Assembly (NCBI GenBank): GCA_039587475.1
Contig: JBDHIK010000300.1
Span: 39,450 to 103,449 of the forward strand
Direction: 5' to 3'
Source: Gemmatimonadota bacterium
Lineage (GTDB): Bacteria; Gemmatimonadota; Gemmatimonadetes; Gemmatimonadales; GWC2-71-9
Length of the DNA stretch: 64,000 nucleotides
In this document: positions 9,490 to 19,987 of the stretch, one piece after another
How the letters are laid out: each line of letters starts with the position of its first letter
How positions within the stretch are numbered: the first letter of the stretch is position 1
The notes under the pieces: generated by a model
Databases searched by the model: none
What the model was told of the DNA's origin: nothing
Seen by the model: only the letters and a program-made list of their open reading frames with translations
Made by a program: the position numbers and the translations under genes

Positions 9490-10518
9490 TCAGTTCTGTT
9501 CCATCGGTCGATAGCGCTGCCCGAAGGCGGCCTCCGCTTCCGCGGCCAGGTACCCGAACGCCGGCCACTGGCCACTGGCCAGAATGGCTTGTCGCAGATC
9601 GTTCGCGGCTGCCGGATTTCCTTGCCACTGATACCAGGCAGTAACTCCGTAGGCCTGCGTCACCTCACCGACGGCGAGGGCCGCCGTCGGTTCCAGAGCC
9701 AGCGAGTCGACCGGCAGGATGCCCCCATAGAGCAGGAGCAGCCGGTGATAGGTGTGGTTCTCAATAAGCGGCCACTGGGGGTCCACGGCCTCAACCACCG
9801 CCTGTGCCTCATCCCAGCGACCCAAGCGCGTCAGGGTCAGGAACAGCCAGTAGCGGGTTGCCACTTCCATGTCGGGCGTCGCCGACACCTCCAGGCATGC
9901 CCGGTAGGCCTCGAGGGCTCCGGCGTCGTCGCCGCTCAGGAAGCGCGCCAACCCCAGGTGGTACCAGATGTTGGACTGGAGGGTGCTGGTGGGCATGTTG
10001 CGGACGTTGGGGAGGCCGTCCGGTTCGATCTGATCCGACTGATCCGCGATCAGTGCCGCCGCCCGCTCGAGATCGATGACAGCGCTGTCGAGTTGTCGGG
10101 TCGTGATGTAGCGGTGGCCCCGGTGGCGATACAGACGCGGTTCGTCGGGGTACTGTTGCAGCCCCAGTCCGAAGATGAGGATGGCCTCCTGGTACCGGCC
10201 CAGATAGGCGGCTCGACGCCCGGCCCAGACGATAGCCTCGATGCTGGTAGGGTCCGCCACCCAGCGGAGCCGGGCCTCTTCGAATTGTTGTTCGCGCTGC
10301 GATCGGATGGCATCATCCAGGGGGATCTCGCTCAAGGTGTCACCCAGGAACGAAATCGCCTCGATCCGCCTTTCCACCGGGAGCACGGCATCGTCAGGAA
10401 CTTCGGTGGGCGGCGCCGCGTTGGTCTCATCGACCAGAGTCGGCGAAGGGGCCGGGTCGGCGGGCTTCCGATTGCATGCCGCCACCAGGACGGTCAGACA
10501 CAGCAGGCAGGTTCGCAC
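9490..10518 (-). CDS. tetratricopeptide-repeat lipoprotein
   Basis: Lipoprotein signal MRTCLLCLTVLVAAC; repeated TPR-like helices (AYRACLEVSATPDMEVATRYWLFLTL..., YQEAILIFGLGLQQYPDEPRLYRHRGHRY...). Confidence 0.75.
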   Translation of the reverse strand: MRTCLLCLTVLVAACNRKPADPAPSPTLVDETNAAPPTEVPDDAVLPVERRIEAISFLGDTLSEIPLDDAIRSQREQQFEEARLRWVADPTSIEAIVWAGRRAAYLGRYQEAILIFGLGLQQYPDEPRLYRHRGHRYITTRQLDSAVIDLERAAALIADQSDQIEPDGLPNVRNMPTSTLQSNIWYHLGLARFLSGDDAGALEAYRACLEVSATPDMEVATRYWLFLTLTRLGRWDEAQAVVEAVDPQWPLIENHTYHRLLLLYGGILPVDSLALEPTAALAVGEVTQAYGVTAWYQWQGNPAAANDLRQAILASGQWPAFGYLAAEAEAAFGQRYRPMEQN

Positions 10519-10588
10519 TAGATCATCCGCGGGAAACGGTCGACCCTAAGTTAGCCTCACTCGCGGACCACCCACAGCCCACGGAACC

Positions 10589-11038
10589 ATGAGCAAGAAC
10601 AACGACAAGACGGACGCCGAGTGGCGCCAAACCCTGACGCCCGAGCAATACCACGTGACTCGTGAGAAGGGAACCGAGCGGCCCTTCACGGGCGCCTACC
10701 TCGACAACAAAGCCGACGGGACGTACCGCTGTGTCTGTTGCGGCGCCGAGCTGTTCGATTCGGAGACCAAGTACGACTCGCGGAGCGGGTGGCCGAGCTT
10801 CACCAGCCCCGCGGCAAGCGGCGCGGTTGCGGAAGAGGCCGATGACAGCCTGGGAATGCGCCGCACCGAAGTCATGTGCGCCCAGTGCCACGCCCATCTG
10901 GGCCACGTGTTTCCAGACGGTCCGGGACCCACGGGCCTGAGGTACTGCATCAACTCGTGTGCCTTGGACTTCGAAGAGGGTGAAGAGCCGGGACCAGCGG
11001 CTCAGGAGCCCCCGGGACCATCCGGAACTCCCTCCTAG
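10589..11038 (+). CDS. msrB: peptide-methionine (R)-S-oxide reductase MsrB
   Basis: CVCCGAELF...[12 protein letters not shown] zinc site and catalytic RYCINS Cys; Cys (not Sec) at the active site. Confidence 0.9.
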   Translation: MSKNNDKTDAEWRQTLTPEQYHVTREKGTERPFTGAYLDNKADGTYRCVCCGAELFDSETKYDSRSGWPSFTSPAASGAVAEEADDSLGMRRTEVMCAQCHAHLGHVFPDGPGPTGLRYCINSCALDFEEGEEPGPAAQEPPGPSGTPS

Positions 11039-11235
11039 TCACCGTCCCACATGGCCGCTTCGATGGCGGAGATGAAGCGCATCAGCCAGCCGAACCCGAA
11101 GAGTCCCAGCGCCAGGTAGGCGCCGAACTGCACGGCGGCAGCCAGGAACCGACCTTGAAACAGCTGTCCCAAACCCGGTAGGAAGAAACTGATCACGGCG
11201 GCGAGGATGTTTCCTGCCGATCCACGTCTGGACAT
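11035..11235 (-). CDS. small membrane protein (TM2-like / GxxxG-rich), hypothetical
   Basis: Within ORF 11035..11295; start taken at [49 protein letters not shown], two predicted TM helices; overlaps msrB stop by 4 nt on the opposite strand. Confidence 0.4.
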   Translation of the reverse strand: MSRRGSAGNILAAVISFFLPGLGQLFQGRFLAAAVQFGAYLALGLFGFGWLMRFISAIEAAMWDGD

Positions 11236-11335
11236 CGTTGCGGACCCCTGATGAGTGATGCAGGACAATACGGCGGCCCCGATGAAATGTTTCATCGGGG
11301 GACGTTGGATAGATAACTGCCTTTATGGCATCTGT

Positions 11336-12601
11336 TTACGGGTTGGACAAGTGCCCTGAAAGCGCCCGGATATCGCCACCGGTCGGGGTCTGGAACACCC
11401 GGAGGCCGAATTCGGGGGCGATGGCCAGCAGATGATCGAAGATGTCGGCCTGGATGCCCTCGTAGTTCACCCAGTTGGTATCGTTGAGGAATACGTAGAT
11501 CTCGAGTGGGAGCCCCTGTGTCGTCGGGGCCAGCTGGCGCACCATCTGGGTGAACCCGGAATGGTGAACCTTGGGATGGCGCTGGAGGTAGGCCCGAATG
11601 TACGCCCGGAACGTTCCGATGTTGGTCAGGCGTCGTACGTTGGAGATCACGTCAGGGGTGTGCACGTGTTCGGCGTTGTACTCGGCGAGTTCCCGGCGCT
11701 TGGTCGTCACGTATTCGGTCAGCAGGTCGTAGCGCTCGAAGTGATCCAGGTCGTCCGGAGTCAGGAAGCGGATCGACTCCATGTCGATGACCAATGGACG
11801 CTTGACCCGTCGTCCTCCCGACTCGGACATGAAACGCCAGTTCTTGAACGAACCCTGGGTCAGCCGGTAGGTCGGAATGGTGGTGATGGTCCGGTCCCAG
11901 TTGCGGACGCTGACCGTGAGCAGATCCACCCGTTCGACGTCGCCGTCGGCTCCGAACTCCGGCACCTCGATCCAATCGCCCACTCGCACCATGTCATACC
12001 AGGTAATCTGCAAACTGGAGACGAAGGACACGATCGTGTCGCGAAACACCAGCACCAGTACGGCCGTCGCGGCGCCGATGCCGCTGAGGAGCACGATCGG
12101 GTTCTGACCCAGCAGGGACGCCAGGAATAGCAGCCCGGCCACCACGTAGACGGCGATGGTGGCGACCTGGAAGTAGGCCCGCAGGGGTCGGCCCCGGGCC
12201 AGGTTGCTGTCGCGGGCGATGTCGGCCACGGCGCTGATAGCCGACCCGATGGCCACGGCTGCGAGCAGAATGGTCACGGCCCCGGTAATGCGCTGGGCCG
12301 CGGACGCCAGCGGGTCGCTCAGGCCGGGGACCAGCATGATGCCGTAGTACACCACCATGGCGGGCGCCAGGTGGGCCAGGCGATGGAACGCCTTGTTCTC
12401 GAGGAAGGCGTCGTCCCAGGTCGCGCTGGTCTTCTTGATGATCCGGTCGACGATGCGCACCAGGATCCGACTGGCAATGCGGTCGACCAGCCAGGCCACC
12501 ATGGCCAGGGCCACGATCCCGGCCGATGACGCGAACAGCGGGTGGGACGTGACCCGGGTGAGCCAGGAGTCGGTGGACGAAGGCGCTTGAGGAATCATCA
12601 C
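11336..12601 (-). CDS. mechanosensitive ion channel, MscS family (YnaI/YbdG-like)
   Basis: N-terminal TM helices followed by the MscS beta domain ...VRVGDWIEVPEFGADGDVERVDLLTVSVRNWDRTITTIPT... Confidence 0.85.
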   Translation of the reverse strand: MMIPQAPSSTDSWLTRVTSHPLFASSAGIVALAMVAWLVDRIASRILVRIVDRIIKKTSATWDDAFLENKAFHRLAHLAPAMVVYYGIMLVPGLSDPLASAAQRITGAVTILLAAVAIGSAISAVADIARDSNLARGRPLRAYFQVATIAVYVVAGLLFLASLLGQNPIVLLSGIGAATAVLVLVFRDTIVSFVSSLQITWYDMVRVGDWIEVPEFGADGDVERVDLLTVSVRNWDRTITTIPTYRLTQGSFKNWRFMSESGGRRVKRPLVIDMESIRFLTPDDLDHFERYDLLTEYVTTKRRELAEYNAEHVHTPDVISNVRRLTNIGTFRAYIRAYLQRHPKVHHSGFTQMVRQLAPTTQGLPLEIYVFLNDTNWVNYEGIQADIFDHLLAIAPEFGLRVFQTPTGGDIRALSGHLSNP

Positions 12602-12723
12602 GTGATGCGACAGGTGGATGGTTCGAAGGACGACGAACGAACGCGCTGGCGCCCACCGGCGTCAGCGGGCATACTGATCGGTTCCGACGATAGACCTTCC
12701 TTCACCGACTTACAAGGGCAGGC

Positions 12724-13455
12724 GTGATGTACGGACTTCTTCTCGGGCTTCTCGCCGTGCTGTCACCAGGTCAGGCTCAGGACGAGGGCACGTATCGGGC
12801 TCTGTTGCTCCGGGCGGCGCCCGGCCATCTCACCGAGCTGATCGACCTCTACCGGGAGCGGGTTGGCCTGTTGACGGCCCTCGGCGAAGATCCCCCGGTG
12901 TTCATGCGGCACAGCCAGGGCGATCAATGGGATCTGATGCTGTTGTTTCCGATCGAGAGCCTGGAGCACTACTTCTCGGCCGAGCGTGCTGAGAGGCTCG
13001 CCCAGGCCGGTGGTGTCGGGTTCGTAGACCGGGTCCGGGCCATCACCGCCTGGCAAGAGGAACTGTTCGTCGCCGGCCCGCCAGTGGACACTGTGGCGGC
13101 GCGGAATGCCGAGGCCGGGTTCTACCACGTCGAGATCTTCCGGGCGCTGCCGGGACGGTATGACGCTCTCGTCGAACAGCGTGTCATGGAGAATCGCTAC
13201 TACCACCGATCCGAACGGGATGGCAACCTCATATTCACTCGTCTCGCGGGGGCGGCGTGGGATGTCTTCACGCTGGGCTTCTACCGCGACATCCAGCATT
13301 TCGTCGCGACCCCCGACCTGGCTCCCGAGGTATTCGAGCAGGCCGCTGTCGACGCCGGGTTTGAATCCCGTGGCGCCATCGGGACGTATCTCCGAACACT
13401 GATCGACGCCCATCACGATACTCTGGCGAACCGGGTCGCGTTCGAAAGCGACTGA
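12724..13455 (+). CDS. hypothetical secreted protein with two tandem ~100-aa alpha+beta (NIPSNAP/ABM-like) repeats (tentative)
   Basis: Signal peptide MMYGLLLGLLAVLSPGQAQ; two internally similar halves (GTYRALLLRAAPGHLTELIDLYRERV... / GFYHVEIFRALPGRYDALVEQRV...). Confidence 0.5.
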   Translation: MMYGLLLGLLAVLSPGQAQDEGTYRALLLRAAPGHLTELIDLYRERVGLLTALGEDPPVFMRHSQGDQWDLMLLFPIESLEHYFSAERAERLAQAGGVGFVDRVRAITAWQEELFVAGPPVDTVAARNAEAGFYHVEIFRALPGRYDALVEQRVMENRYYHRSERDGNLIFTRLAGAAWDVFTLGFYRDIQHFVATPDLAPEVFEQAAVDAGFESRGAIGTYLRTLIDAHHDTLANRVAFESD

Positions 13456-13594
13456 TTCCGGGGGCTAAGCCGCTCCCGGACAGCAGGTTACGCGTCGGCG
13501 CCGCGGCGCATTCCACCCGGTGTCCGGACGGACCGCCATCCGGCCGACAGTCCGCCTCTTCCATCCACCCCAACGTTGCTCTAGCGTTCGTGCC

Positions 13595-14401
13595 ATGACC
13601 CCTTGGGTAAAGCGACTTCTGATCGCCAATTTCGCCGTGTTCTTCATCAGCACGGCCGTCGCCACCGTGCCGGTTGCCGGGACCACCATGGACCGGGCCA
13701 TCATGTACTGGGGTGCGTTCATCCCGGCCCTGGCCCTGGTCCATCCATGGTCGGTGATCAGCTACATGTTCCTGCACGGCGGGTTCATGCACATCTTCTT
13801 CAACATGTTGGGGTTGTTCTTCTTCGGCCCCAGGCTCGAAGTGCGGCTTGGACACAAACGTTTCCTCACCCTCTATCTCCTGGCAGGGGTCACCGGTGCC
13901 TTGCTCTACCTGCCGACCCAATGGGGCAGCGTCATCCCCATGGTCGGGGCCTCCGGCGCCGTGTACGGCGTGCTACTGGGATTTGCCTATTTCTGGCCGA
14001 GGGAAAAGATCTTCATCTGGGGCGTTCTGCCCGTCGAAGCGCGGATCCTGGTAGCGGTCTTTACGGCCATCTCCCTGTACTCCGGCGTACGCGGTGGTGG
14101 TGTCGTCGCGCACTTCGCCCACCTCGGTGGCTTCCTCGGCGCCTATCTCTACCTCAAGTACCTGGAGCACAATTCGCCGGCCAAGAAATGGCAGCGGCAA
14201 ATGCAACCGCAGGTACCCGTGGGCCACGGCGGCAATCATTCGGAAATGGAGCGATGGACCCGCATTCGTCCGGACGATCTCCATCCTGTCAACCGTGATG
14301 AGGTGCTGCGCCTCCTCGAGAAGGTGCGCCAGCACGGCGCTTCCGGGCTGACGCCCACCGAGCGCGACACGCTGAACCGCTTCACGCCCATTCTGCACTG
14401 A
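13595..14401 (+). CDS. rhomboid family intramembrane serine protease with C-terminal soluble extension
   Basis: ATG at 13595 (MTPWVKRLL...); catalytic GASGAVYG serine and AHLGGFLGAY histidine in TM helices; ~90 aa hydrophilic C-terminal tail. Confidence 0.85.
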   Translation: MTPWVKRLLIANFAVFFISTAVATVPVAGTTMDRAIMYWGAFIPALALVHPWSVISYMFLHGGFMHIFFNMLGLFFFGPRLEVRLGHKRFLTLYLLAGVTGALLYLPTQWGSVIPMVGASGAVYGVLLGFAYFWPREKIFIWGVLPVEARILVAVFTAISLYSGVRGGGVVAHFAHLGGFLGAYLYLKYLEHNSPAKKWQRQMQPQVPVGHGGNHSEMERWTRIRPDDLHPVNRDEVLRLLEKVRQHGASGLTPTERDTLNRFTPILH

Positions 14402-14515
14402 CGGCCGCCGCCCTGGTCGCCGGGCGTGCCGCACACGAGGGGCAGGCAGAGCGCTCGACACTCCCGGTGGTGGCTCCTACCTTGGGGCCAACGCGGACAT
14501 CGCCCGGGAGCCGAC

Positions 14516-14776
14516 ATGTCCAAGCCTGACCGGCGCCACTACTGGCGCACCAACCTCCGATATCTCTCGATCCTTCTCACCATCTGGTTCGTGGTGAGCT
14601 ACGGTTTCGGTATCCTGCTGGTCGACCAACTCGACACCGTCCGCATCGGCGGCTTCAAGCTGGGCTTCTGGTTCGCGCAACAGGGCTCCATCTACGTCTT
14701 CATCGTTCTCATTTTCGTGTACGTCCGGTTGATGAACCGGCTCGACAAGCGCTTCGGCGTGGACGAGAGCGAATGA
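14516..14776 (+). CDS. DUF4212 protein (putative small subunit of sodium:solute symporter)
   Basis: ATG at 14516; MSKPDRRHYWRTNLRYLSILLTIWFVVSYGFGILLVDQLDTVRIGGFKLGFWFAQQGSIYVF... matches the DUF4212 pattern; ATGA overlap with downstream SSS gene. Confidence 0.75.
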   Translation: MSKPDRRHYWRTNLRYLSILLTIWFVVSYGFGILLVDQLDTVRIGGFKLGFWFAQQGSIYVFIVLIFVYVRLMNRLDKRFGVDESE

Positions 14777-16479
14777 ACGTTCAAGCATGGACCTTCACCC
14801 TCGTCGGCCTGTCCTTCGCGCTCTACATCGGTGTGGCCATCTGGTCCCGCGCCCGCTCGACCGGCGAGTTCTACGTGGCTGGCGCGAAAGTCCATCCGGT
14901 CCTGAACGGCATGGCGACCGCGGCCGACTGGATGTCGGCCGCATCCTTCATCTCCATGGCCGGCCTTATTTCCTTCATGGGCCGCGATGGCTCGGTGTAT
15001 CTCATGGGCTGGACGGGTGGGTACGTCCTGCTGGCGTTACTCCTGGCACCCTATCTTCGGAAGTTCGGCAAGTTCACGGTCCCCGACTTCGTGGGCGACC
15101 GGTACTACTCCAGAGTGGCGCGTGTGGTCGCCGTGGTGTGCGCCCTGTTCGTGTCCTTCACCTACGTCGCCGGCCAGATGCGCGGCGTCGGCATCGTGTT
15201 CTCCCGCTTCCTGAACGTCGACATCAATCACGGCGTCTTCATCGGCATGGGCATCGTGTTCTTCTATGCCGTCCTCGGCGGCATGAAAGGCATCACGTAC
15301 ACCCAGGTGGCGCAGTACTGCGTCCTCATCTTTGCCTACCTGGTGCCGGCCATCTTCATTTCCCTTCTCATGACCGGTGTGGCACTGCCGCAGCTTGGAT
15401 TCGGGTCCACGCTGGCCGACGGATCCGGCGTCTACCTCCTCGACAAGCTGGACGGCTTGAGCCGAGAGCTGGGATTCCACGAATACACGTCAGGCCAGAA
15501 GGGTACGCTGGACGTGTTCTTCATTACCGCCGCGCTCATGGTGGGGACGGCCGGGCTGCCGCACGTCATCGTGCGGTTCTATACGGTGCCCAAAGTCGCG
15601 GCTGCACGGAGTTCCGCCGGGTGGGCTCTCGTGTTCATCGCCCTGCTGTACACCACGGCGCCCGCCGTCGCGGCGTTTGCCCGGACCAACCTCCTCACCA
15701 CGATCGAGGATGTTCCGTACCGTGAGGCCCCGGGCTGGTTCACCAACTGGGAACTGACGGGACTCATCGAGTATCAGGACCTGAATGGCGACGGCCGGGT
15801 CCAGTACCGTGGCCCCGCTTCCGATGTGGCCAACGAAGTCGCCATCGACCCGGATATCATGGTATTGGCGAATCCAGAAATCGCCCGACTCCCCAACTGG
15901 GTCGTGGCCCTCGTGGCCGCGGGAGCCCTGGCCGCGGCGCTGTCCACCGCTGCCGGATTGCTCCTCGTCATCTCCACCTCGATCGCCCACGACCTGCTGA
16001 AGCGCACCCTCAAACCGGACATCGATGAGAAACACGAACTCATCGCCGCCCGAGTCGCCGCCGGTGTCGCGGTGATTGTCGCGGGTCACTTCGGTATCCA
16101 CCCTCCAGGATTCGTGGCCCAAGTGGTAGCCCTGGCGTTCGGCCTGGCCGCTGCCTCGTTCTTCCCGGTGATCATCCTGGGGATATTCACCAAGCGAACG
16201 AACACCTACGGTGCGGTGGCTGGAATGCTGACCGGGATCGTGTTTACCGGCGGCTACATCGTGTGGTTCAAGGGTTTGTACCCCGAACTCAACACCGCAG
16301 AGCACTGGTTGTTGGGGATCAGTCCCGAAGGGATCGGGACGTTGGGGATGGTATTGAACTTCATCGTCGCGATCACGGTGTCGCGCCTCACACGCCCACC
16401 GCCGGATGCCGTGCAGCGGATGGTCGAAGAGATCCGAGTGCCGCGCGGCGCCGGCGAGGCCCACGAGATCCGCGCCTAG
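14773..16479 (+). CDS. sodium:solute symporter family (SSS) transporter
   Basis: 568 aa, 13+ TM helices, SSS signature region, translationally coupled to DUF4212 gene. Confidence 0.9.
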   Translation: MNVQAWTFTLVGLSFALYIGVAIWSRARSTGEFYVAGAKVHPVLNGMATAADWMSAASFISMAGLISFMGRDGSVYLMGWTGGYVLLALLLAPYLRKFGKFTVPDFVGDRYYSRVARVVAVVCALFVSFTYVAGQMRGVGIVFSRFLNVDINHGVFIGMGIVFFYAVLGGMKGITYTQVAQYCVLIFAYLVPAIFISLLMTGVALPQLGFGSTLADGSGVYLLDKLDGLSRELGFHEYTSGQKGTLDVFFITAALMVGTAGLPHVIVRFYTVPKVAAARSSAGWALVFIALLYTTAPAVAAFARTNLLTTIEDVPYREAPGWFTNWELTGLIEYQDLNGDGRVQYRGPASDVANEVAIDPDIMVLANPEIARLPNWVVALVAAGALAAALSTAAGLLLVISTSIAHDLLKRTLKPDIDEKHELIAARVAAGVAVIVAGHFGIHPPGFVAQVVALAFGLAAASFFPVIILGIFTKRTNTYGAVAGMLTGIVFTGGYIVWFKGLYPELNTAEHWLLGISPEGIGTLGMVLNFIVAITVSRLTRPPPDAVQRMVEEIRVPRGAGEAHEIRA

Positions 16480-16500
16480 CGCCCCCGATCTCCTCACCGG

Positions 16501-17916
16501 ATGACCTCCACCGATTCGACTGCCGGGGCGCCCTTTCGCCTCTGGCCCGCCCTCAAGGAAGCCGTTCGCGGCTCGCAACAGGACTACACCACCGGCCCCA
16601 TCGGGCGGGCGGTCCTGCTGCTGGCCGTGCCGATGGTGCTGGAGACGGCCATGGAATCGGTGTTCGCCGTCGTGGACGTGTTCTTCGTGTCCCGGTTGGG
16701 GCCCGAGGCGGTCGCGACGGTCGGGCTGACCGAATCAATGCTCACGTTGATCTACACGGTCGCCCTTGGCCTTTCGATCGGCGTGACCGCCATGGTGGCG
16801 CGCCGCATCGGCGAGAAGGATCCGGAGGGAGCGGCCGCGACGGCGGTACAAGCCATTCTGCTCGGCGTGGGAATCGCGGTCGGGCTCGGCGTTCTCGGTG
16901 CCATGTTTGCACCCCAGCTCCTCGGCCTGATGGGAGCGGCGCCGGAGGTCATCAGCGCCGGGGCCCCGTACACCAGAATCATGCTGGGCGGGAACGCCAC
17001 CGTGCTGCTCCTGTTCATGATCAATGCCATCTTCCGTGGTGCCGGCGATGCCGCGGTCGCCATGCGCGTGTTGTGGCTGGCAAACGGGATCAACATCGTG
17101 CTCGACCCGATGCTCATCTTCGGGATCGGACCGTTCCCGGAGCTCGGCATCCAGGGCGCCGCGGTCGCGACGAACATCGGCCGCGGGACGGCGGTCGTGT
17201 TCCAGTTCTATCTCCTGGCCCAACGGCATGGCCGCATCCGGATCCAGGCCCGGCATCTTGTCGTTCGCGTGGCGGTGATGTGGCAACTGGTGCGCCTGTC
17301 GTCGACCGGGATGTTCCAGGTGTTCATCGGCATGGCCAGTTGGGTGGGCCTGATACGGATCCTCGCTGGCTTCGGGAGCGAGGTGCTGGCCGGGTACACG
17401 ATCGGCATTCGACTGATCATCTTCGCGCTGCTGCCCAGCTGGGGCATGTCCAACGCCGCCGCCACCATGGTGGGGCAGGCCCTTGGCGCCGGAAAGCCGG
17501 ATCGTGCGGAACGGGCGGTCTGGATCGCGGGCGCGCTCAACATGGTATTTCTGGGCATCGTGGGATTGTGTTTCGTGGTGTTCGCTCCGCAGTTGGTGTC
17601 GATTTTCACCAGCGACCCCGAGCCGACTCGCTACGCCATTCTGTGTCTGCGGGTGGTGAGCTCGGGCTTCCTGTTCTACGCCTATGGCATGGTGCTGACC
17701 CAGTCGTTCAATGGCGCTGGAGACACCTGGACTCCCACCTATATCAACCTGTTCGTGTTCTGGTTGTTCGAGCTTCCCTTCGCCTACCTGATGGCACACA
17801 CCCTGGGTGTTGGTCCCCTGGGGGTGTTCTTGGCGATGACCATCGCCTTTTCCTCTTTGGCGGTCATCAGTGCCATCATCTTCCGGCGGGGTCACTGGAA
17901 GCTCAAGAGGGTGTGA
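16501..17916 (+). CDS. MATE family efflux transporter
   Basis: 471 aa, 12 TM, N-terminal ...GRAVLLLAVPMVLETAMESVFAVVDVFFVSRLG... typical MATE motif. Confidence 0.9.
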   Translation: MTSTDSTAGAPFRLWPALKEAVRGSQQDYTTGPIGRAVLLLAVPMVLETAMESVFAVVDVFFVSRLGPEAVATVGLTESMLTLIYTVALGLSIGVTAMVARRIGEKDPEGAAATAVQAILLGVGIAVGLGVLGAMFAPQLLGLMGAAPEVISAGAPYTRIMLGGNATVLLLFMINAIFRGAGDAAVAMRVLWLANGINIVLDPMLIFGIGPFPELGIQGAAVATNIGRGTAVVFQFYLLAQRHGRIRIQARHLVVRVAVMWQLVRLSSTGMFQVFIGMASWVGLIRILAGFGSEVLAGYTIGIRLIIFALLPSWGMSNAAATMVGQALGAGKPDRAERAVWIAGALNMVFLGIVGLCFVVFAPQLVSIFTSDPEPTRYAILCLRVVSSGFLFYAYGMVLTQSFNGAGDTWTPTYINLFVFWLFELPFAYLMAHTLGVGPLGVFLAMTIAFSSLAVISAIIFRRGHWKLKRV

Positions 17917-17999
17917 CCGAGCCTGCAGAGGGACGGAACTGCCGGGCCGTGGTTGCCGTTTGCTAGGACGACGCGGTCTTCACATTCGGAGGTGGCGCG

Positions 18000-18608
18000 A
18001 TGGTGTACGACTTTCTGGTGGACACCTATGCCACGGAACGCCTGAAGGTGCTGGCGATGTGGAGCATGTTCCGGGGCGACGATCTCCCGACCAGGCCGCA
18101 CCCTTCCGACAGGCGCGGGCGCAGTGTCCTGGAACACATGGTCCACCAGTGCCTCTCGGAGGACATCTGGTTTCGGACCATGCTGGGCATCGATGTCGGA
18201 GCCCCACCCGTGCCGGCCAACGAGACGCGGGTCGGTTTTCTGCAACAGTACGCCTTGGATTCGACTGCGCGGCTCATCGTGTTGCGAGCCAAGCCTGCAA
18301 CGTGGTGGGAGGGTGAGGTGCCGTTCTTTGAGGTCCAGCGGAGCCGGGCCTGGGTCATGGTGCGGCGGATCGCCCACACGGCGCATCACCGGGGACAGCA
18401 GGCGGTCCTGCTTCGCGTGCTGGGTCGAGACGTCTACAGCACCTACGGTCCCACGGCGGATACCGGCGGGCTGATGAAGGACCATGCCCCCACGGTCTAT
18501 CCCTGGGTGACCGAAGAGGAGCTCCTGGCCGGCGAGTCGTCGGGCGGGGCCAAGCGGGCGTTGCACGGTCGTGCCGGTGCCGTCGTCACTGAACGCCCCG
18601 ACCGATGA
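18000..18608 (+). CDS. DinB/YfiT-like (DinB_2, DUF664) metal-dependent protein
   Basis: Conserved His positions (LEHMVHQ..., IAHTAHHRGQ) of DinB_2 four-helix bundle proteins. Confidence 0.75.
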   Translation: MVYDFLVDTYATERLKVLAMWSMFRGDDLPTRPHPSDRRGRSVLEHMVHQCLSEDIWFRTMLGIDVGAPPVPANETRVGFLQQYALDSTARLIVLRAKPATWWEGEVPFFEVQRSRAWVMVRRIAHTAHHRGQQAVLLRVLGRDVYSTYGPTADTGGLMKDHAPTVYPWVTEEELLAGESSGGAKRALHGRAGAVVTERPDR

Positions 18609-18671
18609 ACCCTGCCGGCACACCCCGCGCTCACCGCAGGATACTCAACCCGCTCTCGCGGAGATCTGTCC

Positions 18672-19901
18672 ATGTCGACTGAACGCCTGACGTTCCCGGG
18701 AGCTCTGGGAGATGCCCTCGCCGCCCGCCTCGACCGACCGGCCACGGCACCTCGAGCCACCGCTCTCTTTGCCCATTGCTTCACGTGCTCCAAGGACTTC
18801 AAGGCCGTGCGTCGCATCAGCCAGGCGCTGATTGATGAGGGCATTGCCGTGCTGTCGTTCGATTTCACCGGGTTGGGTGAGAGCGAGGGCGACTTCGCCG
18901 ACACCAATTTTTCCTCCAACGTCGACGACCTCGAAGCGGCGGCACGGTTCCTCGAGGAAGGCGTCGGCGCGCCGTCCCTGCTCATTGGTCATAGCCTGGG
19001 TGGCGCCGCCGCACTGGCGGTGGCCCACCGTCTCGATTCGGTCCGTGCGGTGGCCTCCATCGCCGCCCCGAGCGATCCCGCCCACCTGGTGTCCACGCTG
19101 GAGCGCGCCGCCCCGGCGTTGGGGACCAGCGACGAGGCGGAGGTGACCCTGGCCGGAAGGTCGTTCACCATCAGGCGACAACTGTTGGAGGACCTCGAAG
19201 CCCAGCGGCTCACGACGCTGGTGCGCGACCTGGGCCGTCCGCTGATGATCTTTCATTCCCCAGTCGATGCCATCGTGGGCATCGAACACGCCGCGGCTCT
19301 GTATCAGGCGGCAAGGCATCCCAAGAGCTTTGTCTCACTGGATACCGCTGATCACCTGCTCCTGAACGATCCGGCGGACGCGGCCCTGGTCGGTTCCGTG
19401 ATGGCTGCCTGGGCCGGACGGTATCTCCCCGAGGTCCCCGGACATGGCGATCAGGAGGGTACCGTGGTGGTCGAAACGGGTGCCTCCGGGTACTTCACCG
19501 ACATCCATGCTGGCCACCATCACCTGGCGGCGGACGAGCCGAGGTCGGTGGGAGGCAGCGACCGCGGACCGACCCCCTACGACCTCCTCCTCAGCGCGCT
19601 CGGCGCCTGTACCACCATGACGCTTCGCATGTACGCCGACCGAAAGGGCTGGCCGCTCGAGGGCGTCCGGGCCAGGCTCCGGCACGAGAAGATCCACGCC
19701 ACTGACTGCGCTGACTGTGAGACGACCGCTGGGTTCATTGACCGGATCGAACGCGATCTGGAGTTGACCGGGCCGCTCGATGACGGTCAACGACGCCGGT
19801 TGCTAGACATCGCGGACAAGTGCCCGGTGCACAAGACGCTGTCGTCGGAGACTGTGGTGGCGACCCGGGAAGTGACCACCGTTCAGGACGACGAGTCGTA
19901 G
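18672..19901 (+). CDS. bifunctional alpha/beta hydrolase - OsmC/Ohr family fusion protein
   Basis: N-terminal alpha/beta hydrolase with GHSLGG nucleophile elbow; C-terminal OsmC domain with conserved [14 protein letters not shown] Cys. Confidence 0.85.
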   Translation: MSTERLTFPGALGDALAARLDRPATAPRATALFAHCFTCSKDFKAVRRISQALIDEGIAVLSFDFTGLGESEGDFADTNFSSNVDDLEAAARFLEEGVGAPSLLIGHSLGGAAALAVAHRLDSVRAVASIAAPSDPAHLVSTLERAAPALGTSDEAEVTLAGRSFTIRRQLLEDLEAQRLTTLVRDLGRPLMIFHSPVDAIVGIEHAAALYQAARHPKSFVSLDTADHLLLNDPADAALVGSVMAAWAGRYLPEVPGHGDQEGTVVVETGASGYFTDIHAGHHHLAADEPRSVGGSDRGPTPYDLLLSALGACTTMTLRMYADRKGWPLEGVRARLRHEKIHATDCADCETTAGFIDRIERDLELTGPLDDGQRRRLLDIADKCPVHKTLSSETVVATREVTTVQDDES

Positions 19902-19987
19902 CGAAGCGCACCGGGACCGCCCGCTGAATCCTTCCTCGCTGCGGACCCGTACGGCCCGGTCGCATCCCCTCACCCGACAGGAGGTCG

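Noticed and set aside
8577-9575. 332-aa ORF on - strand
   Set aside because: Antisense to ppk2, which has clear kinase motifs; GC-frame artefact
9334-10521. 395-aa ORF on + strand
   Set aside because: Antisense to the TPR lipoprotein gene; low-complexity Arg/Gly-rich translation
10589-11038. MsrB as a selenoprotein
   Set aside because: Catalytic residue is Cys (RYCINS); no in-frame TGA
16263-17966. 567-aa ORF (+) and 386-aa ORF 16735..17895 (-)
   Set aside because: Alternative frame and antisense of the MATE transporter gene; Arg/Gly/His-rich junk translation
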